Shown here: positions 11,039 through 24,840 of the stretch, one piece after another
Numbering within the stretch: the stretch's first letter is position 1
Layout: every line of letters starts with the position of its first letter
Assembly: GCA_008632985.1 (NCBI GenBank)
Contig: QPGO01000141.1
Coordinates: 1-64,000, forward strand
Origin: Psammoneis japonica
Lineage: Eukaryota
Reading direction: 5' to 3'
Length of the DNA stretch: 64,000 nucleotides
The notes under the pieces: model-generated
Databases searched by the model: none
What the model was told of the DNA's origin: nothing
Seen by the model: only the letters and a program-made list of their open reading frames with translations
Position numbers and translations under genes: made by a program

Positions 11039-13935
11039 CTACAATCCAAGTTCATCGTCAATGTCCAGCTCCTCGACATCTTCTTCTTCCTCCTCCGTTA
11101 TGTATTCCTCTTTCTGCAACTCATTCACCACATCATCTTTCGCATCTTCGTTCTCTTTCTCGTCAATCTCTTCTTCTTCATACTCATAATCTTCTTCAAG
11201 CTCTTCCTCTTCATATTCGTCATCATTATCAGTCAGAGCAACCGCCTTTTCAGTTTCGTCATCCATGAGTGACATGAGTTTCAAATCCAGATCCTCCAAG
11301 ACTTTCTTTCGTTCATCCAACGTAACATCACGGCAATCCGTCATTTCCTCACGAAAGTACTTTAACTTTTTCGCAAATTCGACGCGCTCTTCCTCGGTCA
11401 ACTTCGCCTCATCCTTCTCTTTCAATGCCGTCATGGTTTCCTCCATTTGTGCAAACATGCCCGGCCCATACTTTGCTTCATGTTCGTCCGCCAGCATGTG
11501 ATATCCACACTTTCGCAAGGCATATCCATTGTCCCGTCGTCCCAGAGCATACCAATAATCCTTGACATAATCCCAATTGTGCCAGACGCGCCACCACTGA
11601 CGTGGATCATCCGTTTCGTAAAACGGGCCATCCGCTTGAATCTTTTCCGGCAGTCCCATGGGAATATCAATCATTTTAGCATAGTCGGGATGACCATGGG
11701 CCGTTACTAGCAACATTTCCGGCGTCATGGGACCCTCGTTGGGATCCAGAGGAAGCGCAAGATTGGGAAACCACATGAAATCAATCGTACGCAACAATCG
11801 CACCTTGTCGATATGGTAGGTTTCCATGAAATTCTGCAATTCTCGTAGGCGCTTGACGGCTTGTCCCAATTCATAGCCCGCCAACGCCGTGGGCCACGGC
11901 TCAATATCTGGAACAATAAAATCTTCTCGTACAAACATGTCGCCTCGTACAAGGTAATAGGCATACATGGCACACATTGCCTTTTCAAACGGAACATCCA
12001 AAAAGTGTTTAGGGTCGCCCCAATCAAAGCCAATTTCGTCGAGTCGTGCCCTGCGTTCCTCGACATGACCCACTTCTAAACTTCCATCCCGAATTCGGGT
12101 GACAATATTTCCCAAATTCATACCCGCCAAGTGTTCGGGCCAATTTTCATTGGAAGAACTAATCACAACGTCACCGCTCAAATCATCTTGGAGCCGTTGA
12201 ATCTCGGCCGAAATCAAATCTTGGCTCTGCTGGACATTGCCCTCTTGTTCATAGACGGAAATCGCCGCAGCCGCCCGGGCCGACGCCTCCACATCAAACT
12301 CCAATTCCGGTGAATCAGTGGATGGAGGATTGATAACGTAATTCTGCGGCACACTAAAATTGCCAAAAAAGTCTTTATACAACTCCAACGCCTCGACGAC
12401 ATCCTCAAAAACAAAGCCGTCTCCAAAGTCATCATTAAACCAGGGAATGTCCTTGTCGCGGCTGCCCTTCTTCATGCGATTCTCGGTACTGTATGGATAG
12501 AATAGCATTGAGTTCGGTGTGAGCATCCAACGTACACAAACATTCTTGCAAACAATGATAATATTACAATTACTCACTCGACCATTTCGATAATACCACA
12601 GGCAATGGCCCGATCCTTTGCTTCTTGAAGGGTTTCCGAAAGCAACTTGGGTGGTGCATAATCGTCTTTATCTGTTTCCGGCATGGGTGGCTGTTTTTGT
12701 TGTGATGTATCCGCGAGTCCCCACGTCGGTTGTAATTGCTCCTCTTGTTGTTGTTGTTGTGCTTGTTCTTGTAGAGGCAAGAATGCGTCCGCGGCAACAC
12801 TGGGTACGACCTCAATTTCTGCTACACTCTTGTCCGGTTGGAGCGTGAGTCCAATTCTAGGAGACGTCTTGGTTCGTTTGCGTCGTTTGCTCCCCTTTTC
12901 GGCCGGTGGACTCCATGCAAAACCCAACTCGTCCAGGAGTTTTCGTCGTTCGGGTGAATTCTTCACAAAGGTCCCTTGACTACGGATAGCATTGACGCGT
13001 GCTCCTAAACGGAGGCCCCACGTGTCTTGAGGAAACTCTTGAGAATTGTCGGGGACACAATAGGGTTGAGGAACGAGCAAATCACCATATACCTGTCGAT
13101 AAGCTTGTAGGGCTCGATAGACCTTTTGAAACCGTGCATCATTGGCCGCGGCCTTGCCACTTAGATTAAATCCCAACTCTTGGAGTTTTTCGGCAGCACC
13201 GGGATTCTGTTTGAGGTACGTCTTGGTTCGAATCGTAGAAATGAGCTTACCAAGAGGCAAACCCCGGGTCGTTTCGGGCCAGGGATCATTGTTTGGAACT
13301 ACAAAACTGGTTGGAACGACAAGTTCGGGAGATACTTGTTGTTTGTACGTTTCCAAAGCCGCGTACACTTGACTAAATTCAACACCGGCCATGCTGGATT
13401 TGGCGGAGGAACGGACACGCCAGACAAAGCCCATATCTTCGAGTTGAGCACGGCGTTTCGGAAATTTTTGCACATATTTGCCTGTACTCCGCATGGCCGC
13501 TACTTGTTTGCCCAATTTCATGTTCCAAGCGGATTCTGAGTAATTGTTAAAAAATAGAAGGCGGGAGTCAGTAAGTATATTTACAATTCATACAAGTCCA
13601 AGAACATCAATTCAACACTACATATACGTACTCGGCCATGGTGGGATAGCAGGAACCACAAAACGGGATGGAACTTTTAAATCACCATAGGCCGCTTTGT
13701 ACATTTTAAAGGCAGCAATAATAGACTTCCATTCGTCCTCGTCTGCCTCTGGGGAAGAAGGAGATGCAAACAACAATTGGGAGGATCGGTGTTGTTGTTG
13801 ATGTTGCTGCGACGTAAGTAGTAGGTGCCGCTTATACAACAGGGCATTCCTGTTATTGTGACGACAATTGTTGTTGTTGTGTACCACAAAGCCATGATTA
13901 TAGCATAATTGCAGTAGCAAGAGGAAAAGAATCAT
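11039..13935 (-). CDS. Helicase-associated (HA)-like repeat protein, probably plastid-targeted; exons 13935-13632, 13535-12578, 12488-11039
   Basis: Repeated YxxxYGDLxVPxxFxVP...WP...LG...IR...LxxLGFxW units; two GT-AG introns (96 and 89 bp) join three ORFs in frame; signal peptide ending HGF; acidic tail. Confidence 0.85.
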
Positions 13936-14438
13936 GGTGTTGTTCTATGCGACGGGCGAGAGTGTCATGGCGATGATCATCATCACAGCCATCAACCATC
14001 AACCTGCCGCGCCGATTTGGTTGCTGATCCCCGCGCGCGTGATGCGCATGAGATCATCGCGACCCATAAGCTCAGTACCTGATTTCAAATCGAATGAATC
14101 ATCAATCATCAGAATTGTCGCGCGTTTGGTTTCACGCGAACTGATGAGCATATTTAGAGCTGCAAGCACCGGTACAACTCTCTCTCTAGAGTAGAGCTAG
14201 ATAGAGCTAGAAGTACTATCATTCTGTTTTCGGGGTTGTCTAATGTACTAACAGCCTTTAGCGTAACAGCAATCTATTAAGAGTTGCCTGAAGCTATAGA
14301 GTAGAGAGTAGCCAGATCTGGCGTTGTGTCGACACTCCCTTCGCGAAGGAGAAATTATAACGTGCTACGTTATTTTAATCTCTGTGCTGAGCTATCATCC
14401 ACTCCAACGATACTGTATGCCACTGAACCAATGACGCA

Positions 14439-16070
14439 TCACAACTGAACGCTTTGTGATGACACGCTAGCATTCCCATTGACCATCCACGGGTGACTTC
14501 TCACTTGGTCCAGACTGAGCCTGTCTTTTGGATCTAGCCACAGCATTCTCTGAAGCAAGTCCATGGCATCCGAGCTTAATCCCAAATTCCATTCCGTCAG
14601 CATTTGTACTAGATACCCAGCCGTCATGTATTTGAATCGTTCATCCGTCGCAACCGCTTGTTCCCACGGAGGGAACCCCGTCAACATGAGAAATAAAATC
14701 ACGCCGGCTGCCCACATGTCTACGGCGAATCCATCAAATGGCTCCTTGTTGAGATACACTTCCGGTGACATGTATATCCACTTTCCACAAGTACCCTGCG
14801 GTTTGATCCAATGGCGAGGTCGGTGTCGACCGGACGACGACGATACTGCTTCGTTTGCTGTATCGGGCGGGCCATTTGCAACAATCGCGCCGCCGTCGTT
14901 GCCATCCATTGGTTTCTCCAATGTCATATTCATCATGGATGCCGTCAACGAAGGAGCTTCTGCTGCATATGGCACTCTTAAACACATGCCCATATCGATA
15001 ATGAGTGCTCCGTTCCGATGAACCAATAGATTCTCTAAACTCATGTCGCGATGGCATACACCGGCATGCTGCAGATTCTCAAGGCCCTATTATGTTCAAA
15101 GACAATAATACAATAGTGAAAAGCGTGAGAATGAATATGTAAAGATACAAAAAACAATATGGATGGACTGACTTACATTTAGTACCTGATGCATCCAGTA
15201 TCGGCATTCGTCTTCGGTGAATTTCTCATTGGTATCCAATCGATCAAATAGTTCACCCCCATCGCAGTAAGGCATGATACTGTACAGATAACGGTCATCG
15301 GATAACAAATCCAGCGGCATCATTATATTGGTTTCTGCCAGAGCCTCATGTGGCATACCAGAAGATGTTGTTGCCGAACCGCCGTCTTGTTGTTGTTGTT
15401 TGGAGTCCCACCATTGCTTTATATACTGCATGGCCGATACTTCCTTGATGGGGTCTTCGGCAAGCTTGTCACGTTCTCGTCGAATATGTTGCCATGACAT
15501 TTCCTTGATGGCACATTTTTCATCCGTCACTTGCCATTCGGCTACCGGTGAAGACGACGTCTCGCCATTCTTCGGAGGAGTAGCAGTATTGACTCGTTTT
15601 TCCAGGACAACAGCAAACAAGACTCGACCGTAAATGGCATCACGAATCGTTCGTTGCATCCAATACGCTCGTTCTACCACGCCTGTAGTAGTATTATTGT
15701 TTGCCGACTCTGCAGTACTTTGACTTTGAGTGACTGGTTCAGGCTCTACCGATTCCATACTATCGTCATCATCGTCACTGCTCGAACTACTACTACTACT
15801 GCTCATAAAATCATCGGCATCATCCTCGTCCATCATAATAGCCATGGGAGAGCCTCCTCCCTGTTGCAACTGTTGTTGTCGCAAAAGACTTTTTCGTATA
15901 GGTGGCATGGGTGTTTTGACAAGTACATTTTGAACTGTACTGACTTGATTCCGTGATGGATGATACACTCGTGTTGTAATTCGTGCACAAGGATTCGGGT
16001 TGGCGGGTGGAAATTCCAATGGATCTTGTGCCTCCAATTGGGGTAAATCCGCGTTGTATTGAAACTGCAT
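14439..16070 (-). CDS. Ser/Thr protein kinase (CAMK-like, HRDMSLEN type); intron 15087-15176
   Basis: AIK, GGELF, HRDMSLEN, DMG, YMSPE and DMWAAGV motifs; GTAAGT...TAG intron keeps the frame. Confidence 0.92.
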
Positions 16071-16789
16071 ACTTGAATTTATAAGGCCACGATGCTATAT
16101 GACAGAGCTCCTTTTATTAAAAAAAAAACAAGAGGATGACTTGACTGTAGCTGTGCAGTTCAGAACTGCAGCAACTCGAAACACAACACAGACAGCAACA
16201 GGAATGTGCGAGAATCCCAAAAATACCCTCCGATATATCTTGCAAACTTATCGAGCAAAAGTTCCCTGAAACAAGTCACTACAGAAGAGCTTATTGTGAC
16301 TCTCGGAGAGTCACAATGCGCTTACTGTAAACCCACAGCAGCTGTCTCAACCTCTTGAATCGATTCTTCGTTCTTTAGTGCCGCCGCAAGCCGCAAGCCG
16401 CCAGTACCATACGCAACACGACGAGAAAAAAATGGCGGGCGAGCGACGAGCACAGCACGACTTGTCCCTCGCCAGTCACGCAATTCGTAGGCTTTCCTAT
16501 GACGTTAACGCATGTAGAAATCATATTGCATTGGACGTGGGGTAGCAATTCCACGCCGGTGTCAACTACGTTTGTTAGGCGTCTGAGCTGCTAGATCACT
16601 CCTGCCTTTGCTGTCTGTCTGCCTGCCTCTCTGCTAGAGACACCACAGTGGCACATTGTTGTCGGCACATTGTCAGTTTATTGTGCCCTCCATTTTTTCG
16701 GCAGTGTCCATCCATGCATCATGATGAACCAAAGCCATGGCGACCCACCAAGAGCAAAGGGGAGAAACAGAAGGATGGAATTGTTGAGC

Positions 16790-17178
16790 GACGCGTTCCA
16801 GCCCTAGGTGGGACTCCGTGTGACATTGGGCCCGTAGAATTCTACGTGCGAGCTCCGTAGTACGAGAATTTAATTAATGGATATATTTATCTTCAACATC
16901 AAATAAACGGCCAAGTTTGTGGTACAATTATGCCTCTTACCACTCGACGTTTTTGCAAATGCACCTGCCCTACGCGATTCTTAAGACATTATAGAATCGC
17001 GCTGTAACAAAAAATGTCAAAAGTTTTTGGACGGATCGCTCAATAAGTGTACCGTAAAATGACACAAAATATCAAAAAATCACGTAGAATTCTACGTGCG
17101 CGACATACGACGAGATTCAAAAAACTGTCGATGTCACAGTTCAGTAGTACGAGGTCCCACCTAGACCTGGAACGCGTC
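16790..17178 (+). mobile_element. MITE copy C (unconverted reference copy)
   Basis: TIR gacgcgttccagccctaggtgggac / gtcccacctagacctggaacgcgtc; TSD gagc/gagc; AT-rich interior; perfect palindrome cacgtagaattctacgtg at 17081-17098. Confidence 0.95.
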
Positions 17179-17399
17179 GAGCACGTGAGACAGTGTGGAG
17201 TGCTGAAAAACGCGGCGCTCCTCAAGGTTCCTGCATTTTTCTCTCTGCCAGTGTCTTGATCCCGAGTTGCTGGCTTGAGACTTCCATGGGTGTCTTGTTC
17301 CACAGATGCCAGGGGCAATGGATTGGCAGGTGGTTTTTCTTGTGAAGTGCACAGCAGGGGGGTGAGAGGTGGGGGGGCACTCCAACATCTTCACAAGCT

Positions 17400-18467
17400 T
17401 TGGTGACTTTCAAGGTTGCTCCTCTTGAAACCCCAAGATGCATGGTTTGTCCAAAGGGCAAACCTGTTCCAAACCCAGAAGTTGTTCATGCGGATCTTGA
17501 AATGACATGCGGAGGGATCGATGAGGTGGCAGCCACAGCGAGCGGCATTTCATGCCTCGTGTTCAAACTGAAGCCGCCGCTTGCGGCTGCGACACACCAC
17601 CCCCACCACAACACGTTCACCCCAACATGACGTGCTTGGTCTGTGTCAATGGCACTCCCATCCCAAAGCCTGACAGACAGACACAGGAGCTGGCATCAAC
17701 TTGTGGAGAACTTGGCGATGCAGCGTTGGATGTTCAAAGGGACTCCAGTGCATGCGTCGAGTTTCAGCAGTTTGCATTGTCATGCGGCTGTGAGAACTTC
17801 TGCAAGATACATTGTGTGAGGATGGTTCCTTGATTGACTCCTCCAGCGAGGAAAATGTGGTTCATGTTGACAATGGCTGCCCTGTTGCATGCGGTGAACT
17901 GGAGGCACAAGTCATGTCCAGAAAAAGCACACCTGGCAACTGTTTGACTGCTGGCTTCATTGGTGAAAACTGTTGTGGTTGTCCTGCCACCTCGACCAAT
18001 TCTTGTCAGGTTTGTGATGGAGGTGGTCTTCCCCACAATTTGAGCAGGCAAATCATCCCTGGCATTTCCTGTCAAGATCGTGTGGGTGGCCTCAGGTTCA
18101 ATGTGTTGACACCCGATCCAAGATTTGATTTTATGTGCTCGGCAGTTAGCATTGCGATTGCATCGAAATAGAATTTCCAAGGATGTGCTGTCGCGTGTGT
18201 GGAGACAATCTGCTGCCTGCACCTGACAGGATCATTTTCTCTCAGCCACTCAATGCAATGACGACCTGCTTCCATGTCAGTGCTCACAGGTTTGACATCA
18301 CGCTGTTTCCTCTTTTTAAGAAAAATCTCGCCGTCCTCGTTCCTTCCCTTGTTCCACTTGTACAGGTTGAATTCTTTTCTAACCTGGGCATTGCACCAAA
18401 TGGCAGTGTTATTCCTGAATGCTCAATAGTTCAAATGGAGAACGGTGCCGAGTGCTGCGTCCCCTAG
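17400..18467 (+). pseudogene. Cys-rich repeat protein (CxVC...TCGE...CGC units), frameshifted and TpA-converted
   Basis: ORFs 17400, 17552, 17812 and 18183 carry successive repeat units in different frames; TpA reappears toward the 3' end. Confidence 0.7.
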
Positions 18468-18701
18468 CTCGCGCCACCTTGGTGTGCCATTGTTGACACT
18501 ACGAATGTCCGGCTTAGCATTGAAAAATGAGTTATCATGCTTCTCCTTTATGTAGATAATGCACCCAGAACGTGCGCAATGCATCGGATTAGATTTTACG
18601 TATTTTTTACTTGGACAGTTGATTATGACGTTCTCGCGCTCACTCATACATCATTCCTTCGCCACTTTCGACTGTCGAATAGTACGATAATGTTGCTGAC
18701 G

Positions 18702-20290
18702 TTATATTCCTTGGCCACGCTGGTGGCCTCCCTCTGTCTTTCCCACTTCGGCTTCGTCCAAATCGCCAGGCTCGTCCAACTCATGCTCGTCCACATTGGG
18801 TTCTTCCAAGCCAGGCCTGTCCAAGTGGGGCTCGTTCAACGCAGGCGCGCCCATTAAGTCAGGATCCATGTTATCATTACCGCACGCAGAGAGCGCCGCA
18901 GCTTCAGCAAGCGATTTAATCTTACGCCATAAACCACCGTTTTCGTATTCCTCTTTCAATTCTTCTTCATCCATTGGGTAGCCCAAAAAGCATTTTCCCT
19001 CGGTGTCACTCCCCAGTCGCCAAAGCGCAGCCTCGTGCTTCTCGTTCCACCAAGGCGGCAAAAAATTCGTGTCTTTCATTGCTTTCAGAAAGCCATCAAA
19101 ATGTTCTTTCGAGTTTGGTCCAAGCTCTTCTGGTGTACCCTCTTCATCATCCTCACTACCCTCCCCCAATGTATGATTCTCCAGTGCGTCGGCGATTGCA
19201 CCAACGATTTCGCCTTGCTTTTTATATGCAATCAAGGTGCCGTGCCGTGCAGCGTCAATCAGTCGATGATAGGCTTCGTCCGGCATTTCGTCTGTCGCTG
19301 GTTCCCACCAGTCACCCTCCTCCACCTCCTGGAGCATACCCTCGGTTTCGAGCTCGGCCTCCAAATCCTCTGCCGTCTTTCTGTAAAGTTCTTTCATTGT
19401 TTCCTCGCCGCAAATAGACTTGGCTGCAGCGATGGACTCTTTGCTGAATTGGACGAGATATTCCTCGTCATCCTGTGCTGTGATGCTTGCCAGCACATCA
19501 TCCGCCACAACATCCAAAAGACCGTAGTCTTCGCGGCCAAGGCGCTTCCGAAGCACCAGAGGGTCGACACTACGTTTGATATAGTATTCCCCGTTTCGTT
19601 TATTTGCCAGGGCCATGAGTGCCTTGCGGTGATGTTGTTGCTCTGATGACTCGTCATCGTCCCACCATGTCGGCAATAAGTCATCTTGAGAAAAAAGGCG
19701 CAAAAAGCCCAGCATCCAACGTTCCGCGGCTCCCTCGTCGCCACCTGCTTCCGCCAATGCTCCAATCAAGGCGCCGTTTTGTTCATAGGCTCGTTCGGCC
19801 GTAAGGCGGGCCGCATCAATCAGTTTTCGATACAATTCATCGGGGGAAGAATCACACCAGTTTCTCATTAAGTCACGAGTTGTGCCATCGTCACATTCAG
19901 GCAAGTCATCATTGTGTTCTAAAAATGGGGCATCGGTCAGTATTTCTGCTTCTGGAATGTCAACTTGTTTTTCCGAGTTAACATTGTCGTCAGGCAACGC
20001 ATGATCATTATTTCTAAGGATGAAGACTCGGTGATAATATCTGCTTCTGGAACAATATCGCCTTGTTTTCCCGGATGATGAAAGCTATTATTGCCTTGCA
20101 AAGCCTTCGCTGATGTTGATTTCTCTTTGAAGGAGGAAGTGAAACGAATGCTGCTGGCCAGCACTACACGAGCAGAAACAGTGTTACTGGCATCAGTACT
20201 AACCGGCAAGCATTCTTGATGCCATTGTAGTATCCGGCTGCTGCGACAGAGACGACTGTATGCAGAACGGAGGACTGTAACCTTCTTCAT
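18702..20290 (-). CDS. Acidic protein with two tandem copies of a helical domain (YxxLIDAAR...FL...LPxWW...); apparent 1-nt frameshift near 20012
   Basis: 431-aa ORF with an internal duplication; upstream ORF 19937-20290 shares a KQxDIxPEAxI repeat and would join by restoring one base in ttagaaataat. Confidence 0.7.
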
Positions 20291-22605
20291 AATATAATGG
20301 TGTATACCTCCGCTGCGCTCTTAATTTCAACAACATGCAAGGCACTGCGCCGGTAAACAAAACTTCGTCAAGAGAACATACGTCTTTTGTGCTTATTCTG
20401 TGGAGAGCAACGGCAGAATCCGCAGCGTCGAAGGTTCAAACGAAAATTCGTTTACAGCATATCCAAACAATCTCTTTTGGGGTGGAGTCGTTGCTGAATG
20501 AATTACTCGGCATGCGAAAGATTTCAAACGCGCGGAAGAACGCATGGGAACTTCAAGAAGAAGTAACCCGAAAGTTCTCTGAAAGTTGCAGTAAAAATGA
20601 TGTAACATCACATGTCGACTGAATACACACATAACCTTGAACCGCGCCAGAATTTTTACAACATCAGATTCACCACCTCCCGCAAGACTTCTGCGATGCC
20701 GTGCTAAAGTTCGAGACTAGAGACACGGCACGGAGGAGATGTCGTCTCACAAAAAAGCAGACGCAGCCATGCAGCAGCCACACACAGCTGTCACAGAAGC
20801 CACCCGCAACCACAGAGCAGCCGCGCAGCATGCCCGCTTTGATCCTTGAGGCGCCAATCATGAATGTGTCTGGGGCCCCTTCCACCATGAGTGGTGATGA
20901 GTCTGCAATCAAAACGTTTGATGTGTTTCAAGACAAAAAACAAGACAAGCCGTTTCACGGATTGGAGGAACGTCATGTTGATGGATGCCACCTCAGGACA
21001 CTCATGATGCGTTCTTGTCGGGTGAGGGGCCAGGGTTGGGGTCAGGGTTAGAAGCGAAGATTCATGATGGCAGCGCCACTGACACATTGCAAGTTTTTTT
21101 AAATCTGGGCATCAAAAACAGATGCAAGCTTTCGAGACTGCAGTCCAGGCCTGTCGAGCGAGATGAACCTTCCTTGCTGCACAACTGAAACAGCAGAGTG
21201 AGCTGTTGACACGTGCATTGTCAGCACATGATGCTCAATGCACCGAGCTTGCAGATCAGTCTCAGACCCTTCGCAGCTTGGAGATCATTCAGCTTGAGGC
21301 CAACCAGCCCAGCAGGAAAAGGGCCGTTGAACTCCCATCGTCAGAGGAGAGGAAGGAAGCACGATGGATTTGGCAGAGGGGAAAAAATCCAATCAAGATG
21401 ACATGATCAACTGTGATGTCATTGTTGATGCAAACGTTGCCTCCACTCCAAATGGCGCAGCTGCCAACTCTGTGAGAACACCAGAGATGCTGCTGATGAT
21501 GCGCTGGCTGCTTCTTGACCTTGCATTGATTCTGACGAGTCAGCGGCTGTGACTGAGCCTGTGGTGGCCTCGGCGCCAAAGCCAAAACCTCACATTGCTG
21601 CAACGCTGCTCTCAACATGGTTTGCAAGCAACAAGTCTTCAAAGAAGAAGAAGAAAAAGAAGCTGACGCTGCAGGAGAAAGTGGTGGCTTGGTGAACAGC
21701 ACAGGTGCAGGGGTGTCTTTGCATGCGCTGCTCACTTGGCTCAAGCTGCATGGACACCTTTCAGGGTGGCTTTTGCAGCTGCAGTTCCTGAACAAGGAGG
21801 CAGAGCCACAGAAGTTCAAAGCTGCCATGGAGCTGCTGGAACACATTGTGGCTGATGACCAGTGGCGCACGATCCAACTTCATGATGACAAGTCCTTGGC
21901 TTTTCACAGTGTTTGTCATGCCGTGCAAAATGCATGCCTGGATGCGATGAGGAAGATGGAAGCAGACACTGGCATGAAAAAGCCACTGGAGAACAAGAAG
22001 AAGGAATGAACTCAGCCTCACTTTGTGGGTCTTGGTCTTTGAGACATGGCGCACAAGAAAAAGCAGAACACACCATCCATTGGCGAGAAGCAAACGAGCA
22101 CCTTGGCAGGATTTGTGAAGAAGGTTGCATCCAAAGCCATGGGCACCAGTCCCAAAAAACCCATGAACCCACATGCAACGAAGTGGGCAAAAGCAAAACA
22201 TGTGCCAAGCTGTTGTGTGTTGCAGCGCAAACAGAAGCTCACACTGCAGAAACATCTGTTTCAAATTTGGCGCCGTGCAACTGCTGTGATGCATCTGGTC
22301 GATTCGGATGAAGCAAGTGTGCTTTTCTCTCTGACAACTCCACAACGTGCCAATCATCATGGTGCAAGCAGACCAAGGTAAAATGCATGTGCAGCAAAAA
22401 AAAACTGTGTGTTTCAAAAATTTGGTTTGGCGCAACGACCAGTCAACTTGGATGAACAAGTTGAAAGTGCTTTTGTTGCCAACAACTCCAGAACTTGTCT
22501 TCATCATGACACAAGCAGGCCAAAGTAAAATGCAATTGGGTGGAGTAAAATGCACATCAAGTGATTGGGCACTGCAGCACATTTGCAGAACCATCTGTTT
22601 CTGTT

Positions 22606-22962
22606 TCAAATTTCATTCAATGCAACAACTGTGTGTCCAACAGATTTGGACACCTTTTTTGCCAACAACTTTGATGCTTGCCAATCATCTTGACACAACA
22701 TTGTGTTTGGGCTGTCCAAAACAAACTTGCAGAGATTTTCAACATCTCTTGCATCCTCAAGACTCTTCCCAGGAAAAGTTTGGCACTGAACCCACTCTGG
22801 ATTGGCAGAGATCTGATGCCACACTTGCAAAAACTCTTTCTCATCAGCTTGGTTTGGATTGCAAACATTTCCATTCCACCCATGCTTTGGTCTTGACTTT
22901 GGTGTTGGCTTTCCAACAACATCAACTTCAATCAAAGATCCCGTGCATGAAAACAGGGGCAT
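22606..22962 (-). pseudogene. rusA: RusA-family Holliday-junction resolvase, degenerate
   Basis: VVGKPTPKSRPKHGWNGNVCNP matches the RusA N-terminal GxPxPKxRP...GxxYxP motif; RDVENLCKFVLDSPNTMLCQDDWQASKLLAKK matches DxDNLxKxxxDxLNxxxYxDDxQ...K. Confidence 0.75.
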
Positions 22963-23372
22963 GTCCGAGATGGAGAATTTGGGTGATCGGATCTTTCAAG
23001 GACGCCCTCGTTTTTCTTCTTTGTTGCTTGCACACCATCTTCAAAACTGCTTTGTGTTTTTGGCTGAGGCACATTTGCCACACCACTGTTGGCACTTGAC
23101 AAACCACGATTGACGCTGAGCACCGTCACGGAACTTTGGCACTGGACCCAGTCTGGACTGGCAGAGATCTGATGCCACACTTGCAAACTCTTTCTCATCA
23201 GCTTGGTTTGGGTTGCAAACATTTCCATTCCACCAGTGCTTTGGTCTTGACTTTGGCGTTGGCTTTCCAGCAACGTCAAATTCAGTTGAAGATCCTGTGC
23301 ACAAAAACAGGGGCATGTCCAAGATGGAGAAATTGGGCAAGCAAGACTTTCGAGGATGCCCTCGTTTCTTCT
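22780..23372. repeat. Direct duplication of ~240 bp (22780-23018 and 23135-23372) covering the RusA N-terminus
   Basis: tttggcactg..ggcagagatctgatgccacacttgcaaa...ccctcgttt is present twice. Confidence 0.9.
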
Positions 23373-24167
23373 TCCTTGATGGCTCACCTTTGCCAGCATG
23401 CTGCCAAATCTTGATGATGACGGTGGGCAATGGCCATGCTCTCAAAGTCTTTTCCACCTTCGTCATTGCTTGCGCTGTCTGCAACTGTTGCGTCATTGGC
23501 AGTTCTTCCATCAAAACTTTGCCCCTTGACCATTCTGCAATCCACTGCACTTTGGGCATTCAGGAAACTTCTTTGCAGCATCCTCCACAGTGCAGCAGGA
23601 GAAAAGGCCTTCCACATGAGGATTTGCATGTGACGGCAACACACTTCCATCGCTCATCGCATGAGCTTTTGTGTTTTGATTGATTTTTGATTTTTTCAAA
23701 TTTCAAGATGACTCAACACACGACTTGATGCATGACTTGATGCACTCTCACGATTCACAGCCAAGTTTCAATGGAAGAACTTTTTTCCTCTGTGCACCCC
23801 CTCCATTTCCCAACTTTCAGCCGAAAGTTGGAGTGCTCCACGCTCCAAAAGGGGGCAACTTTCGCCAAAAGTTCACGCTGCACACAAAAGTTTGATTTTT
23901 CCAAAATGTTGGAGGCAAGAGAGGCACAAAAGCTCTTCTGAATGGAGTTTGGTGCAAAGGAAATTCTGATCTTAAAGTTTGCACAAGATGTCGGAGAGCC
24001 TTTTTGGGTCTGTGTCAAAAATGCCTGCTGCTGCTGTGTTGAAGTGCAGTTCTGAGCTGCACACTTCGGTCAAGTCGCTGGCTTCTTTTTTGAATTAAAG
24101 GGTCATTGCTTCTCTCAAATCAGCATGGCTTGTGTGGCACCACTGTGCATGCTTGTTGAGTGCAACA

Positions 24168-24495
24168 CATGCAGCTTCAATGCACACAACATGGATTTGC
24201 CCCAGTTGGATGAGGCACACAAGATCCACTGGAATTTCAACCCACCAACCCAAATCCCTGTGCATGAAGAATTGCAAGACAAGTGTTTCACCCATCAAAG
24301 AATCAAGTCAGCACTGTTCAAAATGTGCTCAAAGGGACTCAACAACAAAAAGGGAGTTGGATGAGGCACACAAGATCCACTGGAATTTCAACCTGCCAAC
24401 CCAAATCCCTGTGCACGAAGAATTGCAAGATCACCCATGAAAGAATCAAGTCAGCACTGTTCAAAATGTGCTTGAAGGGACTCAACAACAAAAAG
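24168..24495 (+). pseudogene. Two tandem degenerate copies of the 5' end of the kinase gene (source ~15910-16070, inverted)
   Basis: FHPSKNQVSTVQNVL vs kinase YHPSRNQVSTVQNVL; gatttgccc vs gatttaccc; aatgtgct vs aatgtact. Confidence 0.88.
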
Positions 24496-24554
24496 GGAGG
24501 GCAGAAGAGTTGAGGGGGGGGGGGGGGGGCAAGTGCAAAGCCAAGTGTGTGCAG

Positions 24555-24840
24555 CATGTCATTGAATGGTCGTTGATGCCACACAGCATGGCACCTTGGT
24601 TGCACATGAGAAGTGGAGCAATGACAGCAGTGCAGCAATCAATGCAGCAGAGAATGCCAGGGGGTGAAGGAGAGCACAGGCGCAACAAGAGACACACTTT
24701 TTTTCATTCTGCAGGGACCTTGGGCAAATGCAAAACGGCATTTTGAAGGTTTTGTCAAACCAGTGAAAGACATGAAAGTTTTGCCCCCTTGGTGGAGTGA
24801 GAAGCACAAGGCTGTGCTTTTCTTTGGTGGCTGCAATGTG
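24555..24840 (+). pseudogene. Degenerate fragment homologous to the 18702-20290 gene (inverted)
   Basis: KRHFEGFVKPVKDMKVLPPWWSEKHKAVL vs KEHFDGFLKAMKDTNFLPPWWNEKHEAAL. Confidence 0.8.

Noticed and set aside
20830..22060. Possible tyrosine-recombinase (Crypton-like) relic
   Set aside because: Only a vague resemblance; no catalytic motifs readable.
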